Assembly: GCA_038248345.1 (NCBI GenBank)
Contig: JBBRXO010000023.1
Location: forward strand, 1-28,266
Reading direction: 5' to 3'
DNA length: 28,266 nucleotides
DNA from: Armatimonadota bacterium
GTDB lineage: Bacteria > Armatimonadota > Hebobacteria > CAIYQO01
Position numbers and translations under genes: made by a program. The first letter of the stretch is position 1, and the number at the start of each line of letters is the position of its first letter. Below, piece by piece: positions 17,296 through 26,055 of the stretch. The notes under the pieces are model-generated. The model searched no databases and was not told the DNA's origin. It saw only the letters and a program-made list of their open reading frames with translations.

Positions 17296-18681
17296 ATGCC
17301 CGAAATTATGACAGTTGAAGAAGTATGGCCAAAAGCTCTAGATATATTAAAACATTCGCTCCGCACCCCTACCATGGCAAAATGGTTGCCCGATCTCGCG
17401 CCGATCTCCTTTGATGGCGCTTGTTTGTCGGTATCCGTACCTAGTAAGTTTGCCAAAAAATGGTTAGAAGAAAAGGCAGGCCCGCTGCTGACTTCCGGGT
17501 TATCGAGTGAATTGTCATCTTCCATCGCGGTGGATTTCGCCGTGGCGCAGCTCACGCTGAAGCTGGATACCGGAGTTGAAGCTCCAACTCCGCGAAAGAG
17601 CTCAGCACGTGCCAGCAAGACCACCGCCAGTAAGGACGAAGCTTTTCCTTCCATGGCCATGAATCCGCGCTACACATTCGAGCAGTTCGTCATTGGCAAG
17701 AATAGCCAGATCGCCCAGGCGGCGGCGCAGGCGGTGTCGTTGGCCCCCGGGCGCACCTATAACCCGCTCTTCATCTACGGTGGGGTAGGGCTGGGCAAGA
17801 CACACCTGATGCAGGCGATAGGCCACGCGGCGTTGCAGCGCAACCCGAACCTGAAGGTGAAATATATCTCCGGCGATAGTTTCACTTACCATGTAGTCTC
17901 AGCTATCCAGGAGAACCGCTTCGGGGCTTTCCGTGATGCCTACCATGATGTGGATATCTGGCTGGTAGATGACATCCAATTCATCGCCTCGCGCGAGCGC
18001 ACCGAATCGGAGTTCTTCCAAACCTTCAATGCGCTCTATGAGACCGGCAAGCAGATCGTCGTCACCTCTGATCGTCCGCCGAAAGACCTGCAGATCCTCG
18101 ACCCGCGTCTGAGTAGCCGCTTCGAGTGGGGGCTGATGACCGACATCAAAGCCCCGGACCTGGAGACGCGCATGGCGATCCTGCAGAAGAAGGTGGCACA
18201 AGAGGGGACAACCGTCCCGGAAAATGTCATCCGCTATATCGCCACCACCGTGAGCGCTAATATCCGCGTGCTGGAAGGCGCACTCATTAAGGTGCTGGCC
18301 AGCAGCTCACTCACCGGCGAAGAGATGACAATCGCCTTTGCCATGGAGCAGCTGAAGGATCACAGTACCTTCTCCGGCACCAAGGCGCTCACCATCGCCG
18401 ATATTCAGCAGTTGGTGGTGGAGCACTTCAGCATTAGTCTGGAAGAGCTCAACGGCGCACGTCGGCAGCAGACGCTGGTGGCGCCACGGCAGATGGCCAT
18501 GTACCTGTGCCGGCAATTACTAGGCAGCAGCTTCCCGGAGATCGCCAAACGCTTCGGTGGCCGCGACCACAGTACCGTCATCTATGCGTGCAACAAGCTG
18601 GAACAGACAATGAAACAGGATCGTAAAGTCCGCGCCCTGGTCGGTGAGTTGACCTCGCGCCTGCAGGCGGAAGTGAAGTAG
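17296..18681 (+). CDS. dnaA: Chromosomal replication initiator DnaA
   Basis: NPRYTFEQFVIG, YNPLFIYGGVGLGKTHL (Walker A), LVDDIQF, FGGRDHSTV (domain IV); AAGGAG RBS. Confidence 0.99.
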   Translation: MPEIMTVEEVWPKALDILKHSLRTPTMAKWLPDLAPISFDGACLSVSVPSKFAKKWLEEKAGPLLTSGLSSELSSSIAVDFAVAQLTLKLDTGVEAPTPRKSSARASKTTASKDEAFPSMAMNPRYTFEQFVIGKNSQIAQAAAQAVSLAPGRTYNPLFIYGGVGLGKTHLMQAIGHAALQRNPNLKVKYISGDSFTYHVVSAIQENRFGAFRDAYHDVDIWLVDDIQFIASRERTESEFFQTFNALYETGKQIVVTSDRPPKDLQILDPRLSSRFEWGLMTDIKAPDLETRMAILQKKVAQEGTTVPENVIRYIATTVSANIRVLEGALIKVLASSSLTGEEMTIAFAMEQLKDHSTFSGTKALTIADIQQLVVEHFSISLEELNGARRQQTLVAPRQMAMYLCRQLLGSSFPEIAKRFGGRDHSTVIYACNKLEQTMKQDRKVRALVGELTSRLQAEVK

Positions 18682-18710
18682 TTCAGCATTATTAGTAGAT
18701 CGAAATACCT

Positions 18711-18750
18711 GTAGCACGGGTATTTCGCCCGTGCCACATTTTCATTTTTT
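18711..18750 (+). terminator. Terminator between dnaA and the convergent membrane protein gene
   Basis: GCACGGG-7 nt-CCCGTGC stem followed by CACATTTTCATTTTTT. Confidence 0.6.
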
Positions 18751-20355
18751 CCGGTCTTCGTAAACAATCACCGTAAACGGCGCACGGATCCCTTTCGTCA
18801 GCTCATCGATATCCTGTTGGGAAGTGATGAGATAGACACGTTTTTGCGAGAAGGCGAGCAGTTGCGGGGGATTGGCGGGAATCTCAAACCCTGGGCGTCG
18901 GGTGACGACGATGTCATTATAGCTGAATGCCCCACGGAATGATTGTGCGACCCGGGGAAAACGCTCATCAGGCAGCGGGAAAAATTGTCTCCACGGTTGG
19001 TGTGCGAACAGCGTATAGCCCAATGCTACGCTCAACAAGATGATATTGATCAGCAGTAATCGTGGCTGGAAGCGATATTGCCGGGCATCGTTGCGGAAGC
19101 GAACAAGCCGGGTTGGCAGCAGGCAGATGACGGGCAACAGCACCAACGGTACCAGGCTCAAGGGTATGAGCATCTTCAACGCGGAGAAGTCATGTATCCA
19201 AGAATGATTTTTCAGCGCATAGATTTCTATGAAGCACGGCAAAATGCAGATGCTGATGATGGAGAGCAGCGCAATAGCCGCCTTTCTTTGCGGTGCGGGC
19301 AGGTTTTTCGCCCACCAGACGTAGATGATGAAGGTGCAACTGATGAATAGACTGCCCCAAAGCAGGTAAATCGCCGGGGAGCCGTAGCCATGTCCTACAT
19401 GCCCTTGCCAGAATTGCGCGAAGAAATGATCCACATATTTTTTGCCGATCTCATTAGTGCCGCTCCGCTCCAGGTATTTCCCCAGTAGCGCTCCCCACGC
19501 ATGAAATGCGGTAAGTTGCCAGCTGAATAGCCCCAGTGCCAGCAGCGGGCCCGCCCAGAAGGTGAGCGAGCGGGTGAAAAAGGCAGGCCAACGAAGGGGT
19601 ATCTGCCCAACGATCAACCGCTTGGCGTAGACCATTACCCCAACGAAGACAAAAAGCCAATCGGTGAAGAAGCCAAAAAAGAGAATGAACGCCTGTGCGA
19701 GCATCACCCAGCGGCGCTGCTTCGCGCTCAACTCCCGATCCTGCACGACCTCCGTGAGTAGTAGCAGGGCGAAGGATAAAATGATGGCTTGATCAGAAAA
19801 ATAGACGTTCTGGAACCAGTAGAGCGGAGCTGGCAAGAACAGGACAAATAGCGGCGGGATGGCCGCCAGCAAGATCGCGTGGAGACGATGCATGAATCTT
19901 ATCATCAGCAGATACACCGTGAGCGCCAGTACGATAGCGATGAGTAACTGGTTGGCCAGGTTATAGGCCATTATCATCGGGGCATTCGGCTCCTGCTGGG
20001 TAATTTTGCTGAGGGCATAAATCGGCAAAATAGTGCCAAGAGGATAGGAGGCGTACATCCCTCGACTTTCGATGGTGGGGAATTCCACCGAGGGAGGGTT
20101 TTCCAGCATGCGGAAGCCCAGCCGGGCCGCGCCTTCATGATACCAGTAGGTGGAGAACTTCATTGTGCTGGCGGTGAGCCATTGGTGATGATCCAGAGAA
20201 AGTACGCCGAACCATTGCTGCCGGATGGCCACCGTGTAGGAGAAGGTGGCGAGGATAATGACCAGCAAAGCCCCCAACAATAATTGATGCGGTATCGCAT
20301 TGTGGGGGTGAGATCTCGCTATGGTTGCCACTTCAGCTGTCTTTTCGTCGCTCAT
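18742..20355 (-). CDS. Polytopic membrane protein, putative GT-C-like glycosyltransferase (~537 aa)
   Basis: About 10-12 hydrophobic segments, a large loop after the first TM (YASYPLG) and a soluble C-terminal domain. Start reassigned to MSDEKTAE (GAGG RBS), overlapping the upstream gene by 23 nt. The GT-C call rests on topology only. Confidence 0.7.
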   Translation of the reverse strand: MSDEKTAEVATIARSHPHNAIPHQLLLGALLVIILATFSYTVAIRQQWFGVLSLDHHQWLTASTMKFSTYWYHEGAARLGFRMLENPPSVEFPTIESRGMYASYPLGTILPIYALSKITQQEPNAPMIMAYNLANQLLIAIVLALTVYLLMIRFMHRLHAILLAAIPPLFVLFLPAPLYWFQNVYFSDQAIILSFALLLLTEVVQDRELSAKQRRWVMLAQAFILFFGFFTDWLFVFVGVMVYAKRLIVGQIPLRWPAFFTRSLTFWAGPLLALGLFSWQLTAFHAWGALLGKYLERSGTNEIGKKYVDHFFAQFWQGHVGHGYGSPAIYLLWGSLFISCTFIIYVWWAKNLPAPQRKAAIALLSIISICILPCFIEIYALKNHSWIHDFSALKMLIPLSLVPLVLLPVICLLPTRLVRFRNDARQYRFQPRLLLINIILLSVALGYTLFAHQPWRQFFPLPDERFPRVAQSFRGAFSYNDIVVTRRPGFEIPANPPQLLAFSQKRVYLITSQQDIDELTKGIRAPFTVIVYEDRKK

Positions 20356-21937
20356 GGTATTCTTCCTCGGTATTAACGTTCCAGATGCAATCCTTGGCGG
20401 TGCTTCCCTCGGCGACGCACTGCACCGCCGCCATCGCAGTGAGCATCGAATGATCCATGTTGTTATACCGGTGCATCCCGTTACGCCCGATGAGGAACAG
20501 GTTTTCGAAATGGTCGGTATAGTCGCGAACCACCTGCAATTCGCTATAGGTGCCAAAATAGGCCGGGTAGGCTTTCCGCACGCGGATAATCGTGCTATCC
20601 AGCACATCGGCGGGGTCAATCATGCCGATGCTGGCCAGCTCGGAAATAGCAAACTCCATAAATTCCGCATCAGCGCGGCACCACATCTCGTCGCCTTCAT
20701 TACAGAAATATTCCATGCCCACCCACACGGTATCCGGGTCAGCTACCATATACGGGCTCCAGTTATTGAAGAGCTGCAGCCGCCCAACGCGTACATCCGC
20801 TTCCTGAATATAGATCCAGTTATCCGGGATGATATCGTGCACCGTTCTGTAGGCGGTCTGGTTTTTCAACAGCAGGCGTTTGGTCAGGACGCCCACCGTC
20901 ATAAAATCGCGGTATTGCAACCCCGCCGCTACCCGCTGCGCAGGTGCAGGCACTGGAGTGCGAAATGCCGCGATAAGATCGCGTATCGGCATTGAGGAAA
21001 AAAAATAATCGCCGGGCAAAGTAGTGCGTTCGCCGGTACGTTGGTCTTCCACCTCCACCCCGGTGATGCGGTCGCCTTCATTAATGATACCTACAACACG
21101 GGTATGCAGGCGCACCTCTCCCCCCTGTTGTACCACTTGCGCGGCCGCGGTCTCCCATAGTTGCCCCGGGCCGAATTTGGGGTAGAGAAATGATTCTATC
21201 AGGCTCGTCTCCGTCGGCTGCTCCGGCGTTGCTTTGGCGGGCAGCATATTCTTCAATGCGTGGCGGAGGATCTTCGCGAGGGAGAGCCCTTTCACGCGTT
21301 GTGCCCCCCAATCCGCCGGGATCTTCTCACAGGACACTCCCCAGATTTTATGCGTATAGTCCCGAAAGAACGTCCGATAGAGCACCGCACCAAACTGATT
21401 GGTGTAATAATCCGCCAGCGAGTTCACCGGCTTGATGGGGAAAATTCGCGCTCGCAGATAGCTGGCGGATATTTTAATCATGCGGATGACGCCGAAGTTT
21501 GCGATGGTCGAACGGCTGAGCGTCACCGGGTAATTGAAGAACTTGCGCATAAAGAAGATGCGAGACAGCCGATTGCGCACCAGCATTACTGCATCATCTT
21601 TTTCTGGATCAGCCTGGGCACCGGTATCAATCATTGATGCGGCTATCGGAGGTGAGGCCACCGGGCGCTCCAGCAGGCGGTCATCCCAGGCGGGCGCGCC
21701 TTGCAGCGGCAGTATCTTCAGCCACCACGCCAGCACCCGGTCGGATTGCGAGAAGAAGCGATGCCCGCCGATGTCCAGGCGATTGCCCTTGTATTCCACA
21801 GTGCGAGAAATGCCCCCGATATCATCGGAAGCCTCCAGCACGAGCGGAATTATCTCAGTTTTATCGAGTAATTCGTAAGCTGCTGTGAGTCCTGCCGGGC
21901 CGGCGCCTATTATGAGCGCTATTTTCCGATTCTCCAT
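20333..21937 (-). CDS. NAD(P)/FAD-dependent oxidoreductase, PRK07208-like (protoporphyrinogen oxidase / UDP-galactopyranose mutase-related flavoprotein)
   Basis: [12 protein letters not shown] dinucleotide fold, [50 protein letters not shown]. Start set at MENRK. Confidence 0.88.
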   Translation of the reverse strand: MENRKIALIIGAGPAGLTAAYELLDKTEIIPLVLEASDDIGGISRTVEYKGNRLDIGGHRFFSQSDRVLAWWLKILPLQGAPAWDDRLLERPVASPPIAASMIDTGAQADPEKDDAVMLVRNRLSRIFFMRKFFNYPVTLSRSTIANFGVIRMIKISASYLRARIFPIKPVNSLADYYTNQFGAVLYRTFFRDYTHKIWGVSCEKIPADWGAQRVKGLSLAKILRHALKNMLPAKATPEQPTETSLIESFLYPKFGPGQLWETAAAQVVQQGGEVRLHTRVVGIINEGDRITGVEVEDQRTGERTTLPGDYFFSSMPIRDLIAAFRTPVPAPAQRVAAGLQYRDFMTVGVLTKRLLLKNQTAYRTVHDIIPDNWIYIQEADVRVGRLQLFNNWSPYMVADPDTVWVGMEYFCNEGDEMWCRADAEFMEFAISELASIGMIDPADVLDSTIIRVRKAYPAYFGTYSELQVVRDYTDHFENLFLIGRNGMHRYNNMDHSMLTAMAAVQCVAEGSTAKDCIWNVNTEEEYHERRKDS

Positions 21938-22009
21938 AATCCCAGAACACTTTCTGTTATAAATAGGCGAGTATAATGAGGTCAATTATATACTAAAGGA
22001 GGCACTATT

Positions 22010-22126
22010 ACCACGCTCTGAAGGACGTGGCTATAAGATCAAGCCGAATGAATCCGGCTGAATAATCGAAGCCCCTAGCGCCCTTCAGGGTGTCAGATCT
22101 TATAGCCATGTGCTTTAGCGCGTGGT
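22010..22126. repeat. REPIN-like inverted repeat element
   Basis: 31-bp arms 22010-22040 / 22096-22126 match at 27/31 with a perfect 13-bp inner core; each arm is itself a CCACG..T(G/A)AA..TGG hairpin. Confidence 0.8.
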
Positions 22127-22196
22127 GAAATCCATCAATTCATTACCTACCCACTAAATTTAGTGTATGAAATCCACAAAGACACTATATATGTGG

Positions 22197-22225
22197 TTAC
22201 CAAAGTCTGCATTGCGTGGTATAAT
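22197..22225 (+). promoter_or_regulatory. Sigma70 promoter of dnaN
   Basis: TTACCA-17 nt-TATAAT with an extended -10 TG; degenerate DnaA-box-like 9-mers at 22170-22178 and 22192-22200. Confidence 0.7.
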
Positions 22226-22270
22226 AGTACCAACGAAGTAAAAGCGCCATTGCACAACAGGAGAACGAGC

Positions 22271-23374
22271 ATGAATTTTACCTGCAAAAAAAAGACCTTG
22301 CACGACGCGCTGCAGAGCGTTTCCCGTGCGGTATCGACACGCAGCACCCTGCCGATCCTCGGCAATGTGCTCATTGATGCCAGTGGTGACAAATTGAGCC
22401 TGATGGCCACCGACCTGGAGATCTGCATCACCTATACCACTGATATTCAGGTGGCAGAAGAAGGCCGGGTGACGGTGCCGTCGCGCACGCTGAATGAGGT
22501 CGTCAGTTCATTGCCGGACGGCGAGATCGCTATCTCATCTGATGAGCGCGATATGCTGACGCTGTCGGCGGCGAAGTCGAAGTTCACTATTCACGGCCTA
22601 CCGGCGGAAGAATACCCGATGCGCCCCACTGTTCCCGAGGGGATCAACATCACCATCCCCGGGCCAGTACTGCGCGATCTGGTGCGCAAGACCATCTTTG
22701 CCGCTGGCACTGATGAGGCCCGGCAGGTACTCACCGGCGTGCTCTTCATGTGGAACGGGGCAACGCTCAATATGGTCTCCACCGACACCCACCGGCTAGC
22801 CTTCAAGTCCGTGCCAGCGCCCGGCATTGCCGATAACGATGTGAGCGCCATTATTCCGGCGCGCGCGCTGCAGGAGCTGCTGCGGATTCTCGGTAGTGTG
22901 GATGACCCGGTCGAGGTCCATATCGGGCCCAAGAATGTGCTATTCATCGTGGGCGCGGTGCAGTTGATCGCTCGCCTCATCGACGGCGCCTTCCCCAACT
23001 ACGAGCGCGTGATCCCCGCAGAGTCACAAAAGCGCATGATCCTAAATCGCAAGCTCTTCATCGAAGCTGTGCGCCGCGCCAGTATCGTCGCTCGTGCCGA
23101 GTCGAATAAACTACGCTTCCAAACCAACCAAGGAACACTGGTCATCACCGCGGAGACCAGTGAAGTGGGCGAGGCTCGCGAAGAGATGCCGATAGAGCTG
23201 GACGGTGAAGAAGTGGCCATCGCCTTCAATGCCGAGTATCTTCTCGATGCCCTGACCGTACTTGATACCGAGATGGTGCAGTTAAGCCTCTCCGGCCCAC
23301 TCAACCCCGGCCTCATCCAGGCAGACGGCGAGCCAGACTACAAATATGTGGTCATGCCGATGCAGATGAATTAG
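22271..23374 (+). CDS. dnaN: DNA polymerase III beta sliding clamp
   Basis: TLPILGNVLI, ATDLEI, VSTDTHRLA, RLIDGAFPNYERVIP, IAFNAEYLLDAL, YVVMPM. Start moved to MNFTCKK after an AGGAG RBS. Confidence 0.99.
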   Translation: MNFTCKKKTLHDALQSVSRAVSTRSTLPILGNVLIDASGDKLSLMATDLEICITYTTDIQVAEEGRVTVPSRTLNEVVSSLPDGEIAISSDERDMLTLSAAKSKFTIHGLPAEEYPMRPTVPEGINITIPGPVLRDLVRKTIFAAGTDEARQVLTGVLFMWNGATLNMVSTDTHRLAFKSVPAPGIADNDVSAIIPARALQELLRILGSVDDPVEVHIGPKNVLFIVGAVQLIARLIDGAFPNYERVIPAESQKRMILNRKLFIEAVRRASIVARAESNKLRFQTNQGTLVITAETSEVGEAREEMPIELDGEEVAIAFNAEYLLDALTVLDTEMVQLSLSGPLNPGLIQADGEPDYKYVVMPMQMN

Positions 23375-23395
23375 TTACGAATAACTACCAATAAT

Positions 23396-23433
23396 ACAAA
23401 GGGCACAGAGATGATTTTCTCTGTGCCCTTTGT
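23396..23433. terminator. Probable bidirectional terminator between dnaN and thyX
   Basis: 16-bp perfect arms ACAAAGGGCACAGAGA / TCTCTGTGCCCTTTGT between convergent genes. Confidence 0.85.
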
Positions 23434-23499
23434 GCTTGGTAGTGAATAATTATCAGTTCAGATCTGAACAGTTACGTGAATAATCTTCTGACCGGCACT

Positions 23500-24243
23500 T
23501 TACCACCCCGCTTGTTTTTTATATACTTTGCCCAAGGGGCAGCCACCTTCGCGGCAACCGGACCAGGCGCAATCTGGGCCCATGTTGTCGAAGATCACCG
23601 GCACTGCTGCTTGGGTCAGCGTGCGGATTTGGGTAAACATGGCGCGGATCTCCCATTGGGCGCGGCTGCACAGGCGCAGACGCGCCATCTCCAGCAGTTC
23701 GCGGCCATTCACCTTCATGATAATTTCAGTTTCGCAGGCGTTGGGGAGCACGAAGCGCGCGTCCTCGTTGACCGTCTCTTTGCTGGCTCCCGGCTGTGCC
23801 TGCAGTAGCTCTTGCAATTTTCCATAACGTTCGGACAGCTCGTTCATGGTCTGCAGGAAAAGCTCCCGCGCCGCAGGCACGGCAGCGATGCTCTCCGGGA
23901 TAACGTAGCGGAAGCCCGCCTTGTTCACATAGCGTTGGCTCTGCTGCGCGAAAGAGGCGATGCGGTGGCGCACCAGTTGATGTGAACAGGCACGCGAAAT
24001 ACCACGTACCGCAAATTGAAAGTCCAGTTGCTCGATGATGGCCCAATGTCCGCGCGCGAGCACGTGATCACGGAGCCATTCGCCCATCGCCTGCTCGGAA
24101 TCCAGTGGCTTGATGCCCTCGATACCAGATTTACTGTAGCAGACACGTGCAGCGGCGTAGGCGGGAAAGAGACTGCCCGTCCAATATAGCAGAGATACAT
24201 CCAGTTTTGCCGCACGGGCGGGTATGTTGTCTATTCTTTCCAT
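23500..24243 (-). CDS. thyX: FAD-dependent thymidylate synthase
   Basis: ThyX signature SRACSHQLVRHRIASFAQQSQRY; EDARFVLPN; RLCSRAQWEIR. Confidence 0.96.
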   Translation of the reverse strand: MERIDNIPARAAKLDVSLLYWTGSLFPAYAAARVCYSKSGIEGIKPLDSEQAMGEWLRDHVLARGHWAIIEQLDFQFAVRGISRACSHQLVRHRIASFAQQSQRYVNKAGFRYVIPESIAAVPAARELFLQTMNELSERYGKLQELLQAQPGASKETVNEDARFVLPNACETEIIMKVNGRELLEMARLRLCSRAQWEIRAMFTQIRTLTQAAVPVIFDNMGPDCAWSGCREGGCPLGKVYKKQAGW

Positions 24244-24262
24244 ATCATCACAGGAACCAGCT

Positions 24263-24379
24263 CCACCCCCTAAAGGAGGTGGCTAACAACGGCAAGCGCG
24301 CTATCACTCGATTCAGAAAAGTCCGCGAAGGCCGGACGACCGGTGCGCAGTTCTCCGGGCACAAGCCTTGTGCCCTTAC
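24263..24379. repeat. Cluster of REP-like hairpins
   Basis: CCACCCCC-TAAA-GGAGGTGG+CTA (24263-24285), GTCCGCGAAGGCCGGAC (24321-24337) and minus-strand GTAAGGGCACAAGGCTTGTGCCC (24379-24357). Confidence 0.65.
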
Positions 24380-25821
24380 TTCTCATTATCCGGCGCTACC
24401 GCCCCGACCAATACTGGTTCACGGCTTTCGTTTGCTTTATGAGTTTCGTGTGGAAGGGTATGTTGCAGTGAATCAGGCTGATCAATTTCGCCGTCGAAGC
24501 GTACTGTTTTATCCCAGATGCGTTTGTCGCGCATGATAAGGTCGGACCAGAGCGCGCGGAGCGAGGCCAGCGGCCATATCTGACAGTAGGTGAAGTACAT
24601 GACGATGATGAGCAGCATGTTGCTGAAGGTGAGCTCCTCATCGTAGGAGAGCACCAGTAAAATCTCCAGATAGTAGATGACAATGGCTACCATCCCCAGT
24701 TGTACGTAGAAAACCTGCGGCATGGAATGGAAATAATCAATCGGCAGCAGGTGGAGCAGATTATAGATGGGAAATTTCGGCATGTGGGTGAAGAAGTCGT
24801 AGGGTAGTTGCCGACAGACGTTCATTACCATCAGGAACTGCATAGCGATAATGGCGTAGAGCAGCAAGTAGGGGATACTTAGAGTGAAGAGGAATTCAGC
24901 AGCAAACCATTTATACTTGGATTTACTGAAAGTTTTGATGAGTTTCCACCAAGCGTAGTTGTTGCCACGTGCCCAGCGGGTGCGCTGTTTCAGCCAGACG
25001 CCTAATGTCTCGGGCTCCTGCTCCCAGCTATCGGAGTAGGGGATATATTTGATGCGGTAGCCGTCCTGGTACATGCGCACGCTCAACTCAGCGTCCTCGG
25101 CCAGCGCTTCTACATCCCAGCCGCCTACGGCATTTACCACGCTGCGTCGGATAATATAGTTAGTGCCGGAGAGCGCCGAGACGCCCATCAACTGCCAGCG
25201 TCCCCCCTGCATAATCCCCTGGAAGCCCAGACCTTCGATGTTGATAAAGCGGGTAAGCCAGTTCTTGCGCCGGTTGCCGGTACGGAATTTTCCCAGTACG
25301 GCCCCTAATTCCGGGTTGCGTATGAAATTGGCCATCAGCAGCTTCAGCGCGTCATGCGCCGGGCGATTGTCCGCATCGTAGATCGCCACATATTCATTAG
25401 TGAGTGTCTTCAGCGCCGCGTTCAGCGCCGCCGCTTTGCCGCGCCCGCCGCCGTTATCCAGGAAACGATGGAAGGGGCGCACGCGCTTGTCTTGCACGGC
25501 CAGGCGGTCGATGATAGCAGCGGTATTATCAGTGGAGGCATCATTGATGACAACGATCTCCAATTTGTCTGCCGGGTAATCCAGGGAGAGGAGCGAGAGT
25601 ACCGTGCGCTCGATGACCTTCTCTTCATTGTGAGCGGGCACCAGTACGGTGATCTTTGGCCACTCAGTTATCCCGTCCAGTATGGTTTTGTGTTCATGTT
25701 TGGAGCGACGAGTAGCGATGAAGCCAGCTATCGCTAGTACTGCCTGGTAAGTGATAATAAACCAGGCAGTGTATACGGCGACATTCAGTACTACCGTAAG
25801 GAAATCGTTAAAAGATATCAT
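24376..25821 (-). CDS. Processive GT2 family glycosyltransferase, resembling Bacillus YdaM
   Basis: PAHNEE, NDASTD, GKAAALN, YDAD, LAED and QRTRW (D,D,D,QxxRW set); N- and C-terminal TM helices; WEQEPET...QRTRWARGN as recalled for YdaM. Confidence 0.9.
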   Translation of the reverse strand: MISFNDFLTVVLNVAVYTAWFIITYQAVLAIAGFIATRRSKHEHKTILDGITEWPKITVLVPAHNEEKVIERTVLSLLSLDYPADKLEIVVINDASTDNTAAIIDRLAVQDKRVRPFHRFLDNGGGRGKAAALNAALKTLTNEYVAIYDADNRPAHDALKLLMANFIRNPELGAVLGKFRTGNRRKNWLTRFINIEGLGFQGIMQGGRWQLMGVSALSGTNYIIRRSVVNAVGGWDVEALAEDAELSVRMYQDGYRIKYIPYSDSWEQEPETLGVWLKQRTRWARGNNYAWWKLIKTFSKSKYKWFAAEFLFTLSIPYLLLYAIIAMQFLMVMNVCRQLPYDFFTHMPKFPIYNLLHLLPIDYFHSMPQVFYVQLGMVAIVIYYLEILLVLSYDEELTFSNMLLIIVMYFTYCQIWPLASLRALWSDLIMRDKRIWDKTVRFDGEIDQPDSLQHTLPHETHKANESREPVLVGAVAPDNEK

Positions 25822-25998
25822 CCGGGTTTTTTCTCCGCAGGGATGCCGGTAACGAGACTAAACGCCACACGGTGATCACTTCTGTGAATCCCCCTATTTT
25901 TGCTGGCACTGTATCCCAAAAATAAATGCCAGCAAAGGATATTTTAACATATCGCCGATAGTATCACAAGCGGAGTGGATTTTATTCGTTATTTCATA

Positions 25999-26032
25999 CA
26001 GTGTGAGGCACAGATATCCATGCCCCACACTG
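25999..26032. terminator. Hairpin downstream of the Pro-rich tail ORF
   Basis: CAGTGTGAGGCA...TGCCCCACACTG stem about 25 nt past the TGA at 26056. Confidence 0.55.
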
Positions 26033-26055
26033 CTTTTATTGCGCGCCCGCTACCA

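Noticed and set aside
20356..20619. 88-aa N-terminal extension of the membrane protein in the ORF track
   Set aside because: It overlaps the conserved C-terminus of the flavoprotein in another frame; an RBS supports the ATG at 20355.
23500..23590. Cys cluster at the ThyX C-terminus (and the CGPEC..CGC insert in AlaS)
   Set aside because: Both are common variants within their families.
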